A stretch of 64,000 bases of DNA, taken from the NCBI GenBank assembly GCA_051313645.2, contig JBNRSN020000002.1:289168001-289232000 (forward strand), in the 5' to 3' direction. Positions 1-10,898 of this stretch are shown in pieces (the first letter of the stretch is position 1; each line of letters starts with the position of its first letter). This DNA comes from Centroscyllium fabricii (lineage: Eukaryota). Under the pieces are notes generated by a model. It was given only the letters and a program-made list of their open reading frames with translations. It did not search any database and had not been told where the DNA came from. A program made the position numbers and the translations under genes.

Positions 1-680
1 CACCTGACCAGTCCACTGATATCTTCCTGCAGTCTACAGCTTTCTTCTTCATTATCAACCACACAGCCAAGTTTTGTATCATCTGCAAACTTCTTAATCA
101 TACTTCCTGCATTCAAGTCCAAATCATTGTTATATACCACAAAAAGCAAATGACCCAGTCCTGAACCCTGAAGAACCCCACTGGAAACAGCCTTCCAATC
201 ACAAAACCACCCTTCGATCATTACCCTTTGTTTCCTGCCTCTGAGCTAATTTTGGATCCAACTTGCCACTTTGCCTTGGATCCCAGGGGCTTTTTGCTTT
301 CATGACCAGTCTGCCATGTGGGACCTTATCAAACGCCTTGCTAAAATCCATATAGACTACATCAAATGCACTGCCCTCATCTACCCTCCTAGTTACCGCC
401 TCAAAAAATTCAATCAAGTTAGTCAGACATGACCTTCCCTTAACAAATCAATGCTGACTGTCCCTGATTAATCCATGTCTTTCTAAATGAAGATTTATCC
501 TGTCCCTCAGAATTTTTTCCAATAATTTTCCCACTACCGAGGTTAGGTTGACTGGCCTATAATTATTCGGTCTATCCCTTTCTCCCTTTTTAAACAACGG
601 TACCATGTTAGCAGTCCAGTCCTCTGGCACTACACCCGTAGCCAGAGAGGATTGGAAAATGATGGTCAGAGCCTCTGCCA
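1..680 (-). mobile_element. CR1 LINE ORF2 (RT) fragment, degenerate, runs off the window start
   Basis: Minus ORFs read VVPEDW-ANMVPLFKKG...YRPVNLTSVVGK and [19 protein letters not shown], which are CR1 RT motifs; frameshifted. Confidence 0.93.
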
Positions 681-1570
681 TCGGAATTGTTCTTTTCTTC
701 AGATCACTCTTTAAGTGCTGCATCGGCAGTGTCACTGAGACAATGGCTAGCTTCTGCTCTTTGGTAGCAGTAGCCTACCTCTTAGTGGCAAGGGGAGCCC
801 ACTCAGAGACTGGCCTGCATGGCAAATGACCTATCACCAAGGGAAATGGTTGGGGTCGTGGCAGGATCGCAGCAGCATGCAAGAGGAGAACACAGCACTT
901 GGTCTGTGCTGAGTTAGCTAAACTCAGTCGAGGTGGATCATACTTAATAGTATATAATTCAGAGAGGTAGCATAAGGAAAAACATTTTCAAAGCTATGGG
1001 GCAAGAGCAGTGGAGTGGGACTAATTGGGATAGCTCTTTCAAAGAACCAGCACAGCCAAAATGGGCCAAATGGCCTCCTTCTGTGATTCTATCTATTCTA
1101 TGGCTGAGATTTTCTGGGGAGTCTGCGGGCGCGATCGGTGGCGTGTCGGGTGGCAAAGTGTTTTTTTCCCTAGCGGGTCAGGACCCCGCTATGAATCCGC
1201 TGCCATGCGACTTTCCCTGATGTCGGGTCTGTAAGGGCTGAGCAGACACGACACGCAGCGACGGGGGACTCAATTTAGGTAATTATGACCTTGTTTAAAG
1301 ATCATTAAGAATACATTTCAGCTCACCTTTTGATTTTACGTGCTCGCCCATGGGGTCCTCGCTGCTAGGGGATCACATCTGTTAAGCTGAGGCTGGAGTT
1401 CAGTGGTCATTGAATCAGCTGCCGAGTTGATAGCTTCAAATGTAAAGTAAAAGCTCCCACCTTACAGAGATAAGGTTCTGCTGAGAGAGTATGAGCAGCT
1501 AGGGGCCAAATTAAAAAACAGAACCACAAGGGTAATAATCTCTGGATTACTACCTGAGCCACGAGGAAAT

Positions 1571-1975
1571 TTGGCTAGGATAAATAAAATCAGAGAGTTA
1601 AATGCGTGGCTCAAAGACTGGTGTGGGAGAAATGGGTTTTGCTTCTTGGGACACTGGCACCAGCACTGGGACGAGAGAGAGCTGTTCCGTCAGAACGGAC
1701 TTCACTTGACCAGTGCTGGGACTAAAATCCCGGCGAATCAAATAACTAGGGCTGTAGAGAGGGCTTTAAACTTTAAACAAATTAGTGGGGGAGAGGTTTC
1801 AAGAGAGCAAAAAATAAAAATGTCAGGTAAGAAGGCAATTGAGCAAAGTAGCAGTGGGGGAATTAAAAACCAGAGCATGACAGAAAGGGGCAAAATGTAT
1901 AAGGATAAAGGCAAAGTATTAATGGGAGTAAAAGCAGGAATAATTTGTTACAAAACATATTTAAAAGTTCTTTAG
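1571..1975 (+). pseudogene. CR1 ORF1 SGNH/GDSL esterase C-terminal part running into the ORF2 start
   Basis: NAWLKDWCGRNGFCFLGHW...NGLHLTSAG motif. Confidence 0.85.
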
Positions 1976-4770
1976 CTGAATGCACGCAGCATTCATAACA
2001 AAATAGATGAGTTGACGGTACAAATAACTACACATGGGTTTGATCTGGTGGCCATTACAGAAACATGGCTGCAAGGTGACCATGACTGGGAACTAAACAT
2101 CCAGGGGTATTTGGCAATTAGAAAGGACAGACAGGAAGGAAAGGGAGGTGGGGTAGCTATGTTAATAAAAGATGGAATTACTGCAACAGTGAGAAATGAT
2201 ATTGGGTCAAAGGATCAAGATAGTGAAACAGTTTGGGTTGAGATAAGGAATAAGAAAGGGAAAAGGTCACTAGTGGGTGTAGTATATATGCCTCCTAACA
2301 GTTGCAACTCTGTTGGTCAGAGTATAAATCAGGAAATAATTGGGGCTTGCAATAAGGGAATGGCTATAATCATGGGGGATTTTAACTTTCATATTGACTG
2401 GACAAATCAAATTGGACAGGGCAGCCTTGAGGAAGAGTTCATAGAATGCATTAGGGACGGGTTCCTTGAGCAGTATGTAACTGAACCGACCAGAGGGCAG
2501 AAAATCTTAGATCTGGTACTGTGTAATGAGACAGGATTAATAAAAAATGTCCTAGTAAAGGATCCCCTTGGTATGAGTGACCATAACATGGTTGAATTCC
2601 AAATTCAGTTGGAGGGTGAGAGAGTTGGATCTCAAACCAGCGTACTAAGCTTAAATAAAGGAGACTATGATGGTATGAGAGCAGAGTTAACTAAAGTGGA
2701 CTGGGAAAATAGATTAAAATGTAGGATGATACATGAGCAGTGGTGTACATTCAAGGAGATATTTCACAACTTTCAAGAAAAATATATTCCAGTAAGGAAA
2801 AAGGGGCGTGAAAGAAAAAACAGCCATCCGTGGCTAGGTAAAGTAATAAAGGATAGTATCCGACTGAAAACATCGGCATATAAAATAGTCAAATCTAGTG
2901 GGAGGACAGAAGATTGGGATGCATTTAAAAGCCAGCAAAGAATAACTAAAAGATTAATTAAGAAAGGGAAGATAGATTATGAAAGTAAACTGGCAAAAAA
3001 TATAAAAACAGATAACAAGAGTTTCTGCAGTTATATAAAATGAAAAAGGGTGGCTAAAGTGAATGTTGGTCCCTTAGAGGACGAGACCGGGAAGTTAGTG
3101 GTAGAGGACATGGAGATGGCAAAAATGCTGAACAAATATTTTGCATCAGTTTTTACAGTAGAGGACACTAAAAATATCCCAACACTGGACAAACAGGGGA
3201 CTATAAAGGGGAAGGAGCTAAACACGATTAAAATTACTAAGGAGGTGGTACTCGATAAGATAATGGGACTAAAGGTGGATAAATCCCCTGAACCTGATGG
3301 CTTGTATCCTTGGGTCTTGAAAGAAGTAGCGGTAGGGATTGTGGATGCATTGGTGATAATTTTCCAAAACTCCCTGGATTCGGGAGGAGGCCCAGCAGAT
3401 TGGAAAACTGCTAATGTTACGCCCTTATTTAAAAAGGGAGACAGACAAAAGGTTGGAAACTATAGACTGGTTAGCCTAACATCTGTGGTTGGTAAAATGT
3501 TTGAGTCCATTATTAAGGAAGCAGTAACAGGACATTTGGATAAGCATAATTTAATCGGACAGAGGCAGCATGGTTTTACGAAAGGGAAGTCATGTTTGAC
3601 AAATTTGCTCGAATTCTTTGAGGATGAAACAAACAGGGTGGATAAAGGGGAACCAGTGGATGTGGTGTATTTGGACTTCCAAAAGGCATTTGACAAGGTG
3701 CCACACAAAAGATTATTGCACAAGATAAAAAAAATCATGGGATTGGGGGTAATATACTGGCATGGGTGGAAGATTGGCTATCTAACAGAAAACAGAGAGT
3801 TGGGATAAATGGTTCATTCTCGGATTGGCAATCAGTGACTAGTGGTGTTCCGCAGGGGTCAGTGCTGGGACCCCAACTTTTTACTATCTATATTAACGAT
3901 TTGGAGGAAGGGACCTAGTGCAACGTATCCAAGTTTGCTGACGGTACTAAGATGGGAGGGAAAGCAGTGAGTGAGGAGGACATAAAATACCTGCAAAGGG
4001 ACATAGACAGGCTAGGTAAATGGTCAAAGATATGGCAGATGGAATATAATGTTGGAAAGTGTGAGGTTATGCACTTTGGCAACAAAAATCACAGAGCAAA
4101 TTATTATCTGAATGGAGAGAAACTTCAAAGTTCTACGGTACAAAGGGATCTGGGGGTCATGGTGCATGAAACACAGAAGGTTAGTATACAGGTACAACAG
4201 GTGATCCGGAAGGCCAGTAGAATCTTGGCCTTTATTGCAAGGGGGGTGGAGTATAAAAACAGGGAAGTCCTGCTGCAGTTATACAGGGTATTGGTGAGGC
4301 CACATCTGGAATACTGCGTACAGTTTTGGTTTCCATATTTGAGAAAGGATATACTTGCTCTTGAGGCAGTTCAGAGAAGATTCACTCGGTTGATTCCGGA
4401 AATGAGGGGGTTGACTTATGAGGAAAGGTTGAGTAGGTTGGGCCTCTACTCATTGGAGTTCAGAAGAGTGAGAGGAGAACTTATCGAAACATATAAGATT
4501 GTGAAGGGGCTTGATCGGGTGGATGCGGTGAGGATGTTTCCACTGATGGGTGAGATTAGAACTAGGGGCCATAATCTGAGAATAAAGGGCTGCCCTTTCA
4601 AAACTGAGATGAGAAGAAACCTCTTCACTCAGAAGGTGGTAGGTGTGAGGAATTTGCTGCCCCAGAGAGCTGTGGAAGCTACTACTTTTGAATAAATTTA
4701 AAACCGAGATAGACATTTTCTTGGAAGTAAAGGGAATTAGGGGTTACGGTGAGCGGGCAGGTAAGTGGAT
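1976..4770 (+). pseudogene. CR1 ORF2 endonuclease/reverse transcriptase, disrupted
   Basis: ORFs 2012-3043, 3050-3808 and 3952-4695 are consecutive ORF2 segments; the catalytic FADD reads FADG. Confidence 0.93.
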
Positions 4771-4891
4771 GTGAGGCTAGGTTCAGATCGGCCAAGTGAT
4801 CTCCTGGACAAGTTTCGATCCCCTAGATGGGTCGGAGAGGAATTTCCCAGATTTTTTCTCCCAAATTGGCCACTGGGTTTTTGTCTGGTTT

Positions 4892-5160
4892 ACATAGAAA
4901 CATAGAAGATAGGAGCAGGAGTAGGCCATTCGGCCCTTCGAGCCTGCTCCCCCATTCAATGAGATCATGGCTGATCATCCAAACCAAGCACCCCGCCCCT
5001 GCCCTCTCCCCATATCCCTCGATCCCTATCGAGCCTGCATCAACACATATCCCACCCTATCCCCATAACCTCACACATTTAATCCCCCTAACACTAAGGG
5101 TCAATTTATCCTGGCCAATCAACCTAACGTGCACATTTTTGGACTGTGGGAGGAAACCGG
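4892..5160 (-). mobile_element. HE1-like SINE, 5'-truncated, inserted antisense in the CR1 3' UTR
   Basis: (ACATAGAA)n tail plus CR1-type 3' end; near-identical to the 9682-10101 copy. Confidence 0.85.
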
Positions 5161-6179
5161 TTTTCCGCCTCTCCCGGGAGATCACATGGGTTCGGGCGTG
5201 ATGGAGAGTGAAAGTAGATTTGAGTTTGGGATCAGATCAGCCATGATCTTATTGAATGGCGGAGCAGGCTCGAGGGGCCGATTGGCCTACTCCTGTTCCT
5301 ATTTCTTATGTTCTTATGTCTTCCCTCAGCCACAAGCTCTTCCTCACTGCATTTCCAGAACAGATTCACCATGCTGCAAGTCTTTACGCAAGTTTCCAAC
5401 CAGGCTAACCTCATTACCTCTCTCACCAGTGACAGATCGCTTCTGTCATCTCTACTTCAGCTGCCATCTATTCCATCAGCATGGGTGCCCTTTATACTCT
5501 CTCACCTTGGTCCTCAGAATCCCACCACGATCAGCCCCAACACCAACAGCACCAGGCACACCAGCAGCATCAACAACAACATCAACCTTCTCCACAGTCA
5601 ACTGATGCTGCACAGGACAGAGGGCATCAGCACCTGACCACATTGCTGCCTGGGAAGCCAGGAATGGCCTCACCATGGCCAGATTTACTTCACTTGATGC
5701 TGTACACTCTGGCTGCCACATGATGCACCAGGTTAGCACCACCCCACACCAACACCATAAAGCATCCCTACAATGCTCAAACCATTCCTTTCACAATCAT
5801 CACCATTGCAGGGGTACCGTTATATCTCACCATTCCCTGCAACTCACTAAGCCACTTCCAAAGGTGCACATAAATCTGTCGAAGAACGCAAAGTGTTGAA
5901 AATAAAGGTTTCAATGTTTGACAGCACATTAATAGAAACTTTACATGAACATTGCATAAAACATCCTTGTTGGTTGTTGGTGGGTGTGACTGCACTAGGA
6001 TAAAGGTGAGTGTGAGGGGCAGCTAGTGAGCTGAGGATGTAATAATATAGGTGGGGAGGGATGGGTGGAGGTGCAAGGTAAGTTGGTGTGAGTAAGGATG
6101 TGCAGGAGTAGGGTAGGGAAGGCAGAGTGATGGGGATGTGATGGGAGACACAGCAGGATTCAGTTGAGTGTGGCTTTGT

Positions 6180-6420
6180 ACTAACGTTTCGTGGTCTACT
6201 GAGATCATTGAAATCTTTGCACCACTGCACCCAGGACCTCCTGACCACATCCCTGCTTGTGACCTCCCCTGTAATGTGCAACCAGGCTGTGTTGATTTCC
6301 TGGGGAGGTCTCCTCCGCCCATGGGAAGGGAAGAGGACCTCCCTGCATGCTGTGACTCCCTCCATAAGCATACGGAGGGAGTCATGGGAGAGCCTGGGTG
6401 CAGCCGTGCACCTCTGTGCA
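6180..6420 (-). pseudogene. Myb/SANT-like DNA-binding domain of a Harbinger ORF, degenerate
   Basis: APRLSHDSLRMLMEGV...EVLFP...AWLHITGEV...RRSWVQWCKDFNDL fits the Myb/SANT-like pattern found in Harbinger elements. Confidence 0.7.
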
Positions 6421-7496
6421 GTGCTTGTCAGTGTTTGCCGCACCTTAATGCTGTAGAACACTGACAGCACAACTGTCAAAATAAATTTGGTCACGATCCC
6501 TTTAAGGAAACTGGCTGATGATGCGTCATCAAATGGTGTCACCAGATCCACTTCCTCTAATTGGCCGGGAAACATGCTGGGCGGGTTTAACATGCCCAAT
6601 CAGGGTAAATTCATTTCAGACAGTGGACTGGAGCCAACAGCGGGGTCAGCACCCGCCACAGATGTCGTTCACCACAGACTTGCCGAGGTCAGCAAAATCA
6701 CGGCCTATGATTCTATGAAGTCCATTAAAAAGGTGGAGATGTACCCCATTGTTTCAGAAAGGGAGTAGGGGAGAAAATCAGAGTGATCAGTGGGGGAAAA
6801 AAGTTTTGAAGGCAGGTTTTACCTGTAGCTTGTTTGCTGAATAAATACTCTGGCTAAGAAATTTGGGAGCTCCCATTTTGGACGCTCGGGTCTGGTGGGG
6901 CCAGGGGGGGCAGGTGCAGGGTGGTGAAGGGTAAGTACCCTGTGCCAGAATGGTGAGGTTCAAGGCTCCTGAGATATTGTGCCACAGACCTCATTGTCAC
7001 AGAGCTGGCGTGATGCATCGGCCCACCGGTGAAGACCGGGGAAAGTGCAAAGAAAATTGGGCCACTGTTAGCGTGGAAGCTGATCCCGTGTCCTCAGGTA
7101 AGTGGGTCTGGTGGTCAGATCGGGATCAAGATTGACTTTCGGGGTTGGGGGCCTGGAGTCCATGCTTTGGGGCCGGGGGGCGGAAAAATAGGGGTCAGAA
7201 GTATGATTGGGTCCTTTAATGCAGGGTGAGGAGGAGCACTCCTCATTCAGGTAAGTTATATACCTTCTTGGTTGGCAAGTGTTCCATCGAGCTGGTTTTC
7301 CTGATTGCAGCCCTTGATGTCACTGGCTGCCTCAGGGCAAACCAATGTTGGAGCGGGGACCTCAAGTAGGTGTCAGGCCCTTTAATTACATATGCAAAAG
7401 GACAAATGCCTGCTTCAGATATGGGTAAAGGATGTCTCTTTTTTGTCCTTGCCCAATGTAGCAGCCAGAGCAGTTCTGGCTGGAAGCGAGCACCTG

Positions 7497-8134
7497 CTCT
7501 TGCTGCAGTTGAACAGGGCCTTGGTGAGACCACATCTTGAGTATTGTGTGCAGTTTTGGTCACCTTATCTAAGGAAGGATGTTCTTGCCATGGAGGGAGT
7601 GCAGCGAAGATTTACCAGGCTGATACCTGGGATGGCAGGAATGGCGTATGAGGAGAAATTGGGTCGATTGGGCTTATACTCGCTGGAGTTTAGAAGAACT
7701 TGAACAAACTTGAGCAAATAAAACTTGAACTTGAATGAGAGGCGATCTCATTAAAATTTATAAAATTCTAAAAGGACTAGACAGACTAGATGCAGGAAGG
7801 ATGTTCCCGATGGTCGGGTAGTCCAGAACCAGGGGTCACAGTCTAAGGATAAGGTGTGATCCATTTAGGACTGAGATGAGGAGGAATTTCTTCACCCAGA
7901 GAGTGGTGAACCTGTGGAATTCGCTACCACAGAAGGCCATAGAGGCCAATTCATTAAATATATTCAAAAAGGAGTTGGATATATTTCTTAAGGCTAAAGG
8001 GATCGAGGGATATGGGGAGAAGGCAGGAAAACGGTACTGAGTTTGGATGATCAGCCATGATCTCATTGAATGGCGGAGCAGGCTCGAGGGGACGAATAGC
8101 CTACTCCTGCTCCTATCTTTTATGTTTCTATGTT
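7497..8134 (+). mobile_element. CR1 3' fragment inside a GC-rich MITE-like sequence (about 6850-8225)
   Basis: LVRPHLEYCVQFWSPYLRKD motif, CR1 3' UTR and TATGTTTC tail. Confidence 0.9.
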
Positions 8135-9681
8135 TCCTGCTTGCCATTTTAAGGCCTTAGTAGGCTACATAGCACCCAAAAAATGGGCGTTAAATGGCCT
8201 AATTTGCAGGCCTGGGACTGTTTTGTTACAGATTTTTAAATTCATGTTAAATTGCCTGCAGTTTCTGACAGGTAATGAGTGCAGTAATGTATAAGGAAAA
8301 GGATGATGGATAGTAGATGTATGAGGATGAATTGCACATAGGAGATTGTACCAGAGTTGGTACCTTACATAACTCAGTCAAAGGAGTAAAAGATTCATAA
8401 ATCACTAATGATATCATGCAAGTGAAAGAACCTAATGCACTGACAATGGTGTGATCTCCAATTTATCATATGGGGGGCCTTTGAAACGCGGCAGCCAGTG
8501 TAGGTTATTAAAAGGATCACAAAGTCTCCAGATATAATGTGTGGCATTCAGATTTCCTAGTTCCCTCTTTTACTGCAAGTAGAGTTATTCTCCCCCACTG
8601 CCTGCCTGCCCCAGCACTCCCCGGAGACCCTGTTTCACACCATCATTTTCTTCCAGGTTAGAAACTCTGTAGTAAATAACAACTGTTAGGATTATACTTT
8701 TCAATCTTCAATATTGTTAGGTGCTACTTTCCTGGGTACAAACACATCAAGAGAAGGGTAGGTATGAACCAGAGGTGGCGAGGGCTGGTTCAAAAGCAGG
8801 AAACATACACCTCAGTAAGACCCAGTCAGCAGGACGGTCAACATTGGATACATTCTAAGTCAGAGATTTTCAGTTTAAAGGTGCATGCATAAAACACCAG
8901 TCACACTACACTGTAATAATATTAACTTGGCTAAAATGTTAAGATGCTTCTTTCACACTGACCACAGGGAACGACTAAGTGTCACTAATGAATGCTGGAG
9001 AAATGCCAAGATCTACCTACGCAGTCCAAACATATGGGAGATTGTAGTCCAGAGGTGGGAGGGAGGGAGTCTGCGATCTCTCACATAGGACTCCCTAAAC
9101 GCAGGAGCGTTGGTAAGCCTGCCAATAAATATTTACAGCATATAATTATTTTTAACTTACCTTTTATCTTGCAAGTAGCCTAATGTCTCATCACATTTAC
9201 AGGTCTATTCTAGTCCTCGATTGACAACCAGAATGCACAGTGTGCAACTTCCACACCTAGACTTTCTGCTGCTTTGTACACTAGCTGCCCTCCTGTGAAA
9301 CAGCCTATTTATCTTCAGCAGAAAAAAAATAAGAGCCGCTCATATGTCCAATTCTTTAATGAAGTGGAACTCACACAGAGGACATGAAGGCATGGCTGGA
9401 ATCTCAGTCCTAATGGATTTTCCTCAGATTCAAGTGTGACTGGGCTGCATAAGAATAACAATTTGGTTTCACTCGTAATGAAATGCATAACTTTTGTGAT
9501 GTTCTGGATCTCTTTTTACCCCCCAAAAAGCACAGCTCTCTGTGTTGTTGGGTGGAAATAAAACAAAATCAGAATCTAGAAAAGTTTAACAGAATTACCA
9601 AACACAATGTAAATGAAATGAAGCTCGCGTACAGTGAACTAGTTTGTGAAGCGATAACTCCTGACAGGCCAGATATTTTAA

Positions 9682-10101
9682 ACATAGAAACATAGAAACA
9701 TAGAAGATAGGAGCAGGAGTAGGCCATTCGGCCCTTCGAGCCTGCTCCGCCATTCAATGAGATCATGGCTGATCATCCAAACTCAGTACCCTGTCCCTGC
9801 CTTCTCCCCATATCCCTCGATCCCTATCGAGCCTGCACCGACAAATATCCCACCCTATCCCCATAACCCCACATATTCAATCCCCCTAACACTAAGGGTC
9901 AATTTATCATGGCCAATCAACCTAACTCGCACATCTCTGGACTGTGGGAGAAAACCGGAGCACCCGGAGGAAACCCACGCAGACACGGGGAGAATGTGCA
10001 AACTCCACACAGATAGTACCTGAGGCTGGATTTGAACCCGGGTCTCTAGTGCTGTGAGGCAACAGTGCTAGCCACTGTGCCACCGTTCCACCCCACCGTG
10101 C
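9682..10101 (-). mobile_element. HE1-like SINE, near full length (tRNA head plus CR1 tail)
   Basis: Minus strand has a tRNA-like head with A/B boxes (GGTGGCACAGTGG...GGGTTCAAATCC), a central GTGTGGAGTTTGCACATTCTCCCCGTGTCTGCGTGGG core, and a CR1 3' end with (TTTCTATG)n. Confidence 0.88.
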
Positions 10102-10776
10102 AGTAAAGGGGGGCTTTCAACTGCCGGCTGCCCGTTTCGGGGCATACGTTTTTGTTGTTCTTAAATTTTTTGGGTGGCCAGAAGGAATAGCATGAATGGT
10201 CTTCCTAGTCTCACAAAAACCAACCAGCCACTGCCAGCTTGTTCTCAACCACCGCGCCAGCCTCCACCCGCAATGATCTGTCCCGCCCCCCTCCAATACA
10301 CCTTACCTGCTGGGCGACCCCATGCAGAAACCGGACAACTTTCCACCATCCAAAACCAGCAAGCAGCAGCGGAGCAACCATTTGGTGCCCAAAGCTCGCC
10401 TGTAAAATTTAAATCCAGCCCAAACCTGAAAATACTTTGGGCCATCTGACTTTGCTCTTGGGCGGGCGCTGCTAGCGCAGTGCCAACTACATGCCCATTC
10501 TGGCTCGAAGTTCAAAATCACCCGCCCTCCCAAAGAGTCTGCAGAAAAAGAGAAAAAACATTCACTGGTGATCAACGCTACATGGCACTGGTTCAAAACA
10601 TTCCTGGATCTGTGAAGTGACAACCAATAGAATTCTAAGTTTATTTAGAATAACAGTGTACTGGGTGGAAGTATTGGTTATGTCCAGGCACACAATCTGC
10701 TTGTACCTACATTATCAACGCCTTTTAAAGGCCTGGCAGTTCATGGCCATCCTCCCCTCTCAATCCTCAAAACAGA

Positions 10777-10858
10777 GTCTGATTGACGCTGTCTGAGTCT
10801 GATTGACGCTGTCTGAGTCTGACTGATGCTGTCTGAGTCTGAATGACGCTGTCTGAGT
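10777..10858. repeat. 20-bp tandem repeat, about 4 copies
   Basis: GTCTGATTGACGCTGTCTGA units. Confidence 0.85.
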
Positions 10859-10898
10859 GGACGAAAGCAACAGTCGGCGCCTCATTAAATCAATACTG

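Larger units (their letters stand above)
1463..5318 (+). mobile_element. 5'-truncated CR1 (HER1-like) LINE: ORF1 esterase end, ORF2 APE-RT, 3' UTR and tail
   Basis: ELNAWLKDWC..GLHL (SGNH esterase); AITETWL, GDFN, SDHN (APE); QGSVLGP and RT motifs; stops at 1973-1975 and 3041-3043, frameshift near 3735; CR1 3' end with TTCTTATG tail. Confidence 0.96.
1102..6705. mobile_element. Harbinger/PIF-like DNA transposon remnant with a nested CR1
   Basis: Imperfect TIRs GGCTGAGATTTTCTG (1102) and CAGCAAAATCACGGCC (ends 6705); subterminal GCGGGTnnnGACCCCGCT match on both ends; TAT on both sides; Myb/SANT-like coding remnant inside. Confidence 0.55.

Noticed and set aside
10020-10101. tRNA genes here and at about 18840-18905, 29145-29203 and 49140-49203
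   Set aside because: Degenerate tRNA-derived SINE heads; most are attached to SINE bodies and none gives a convincing cloverleaf.
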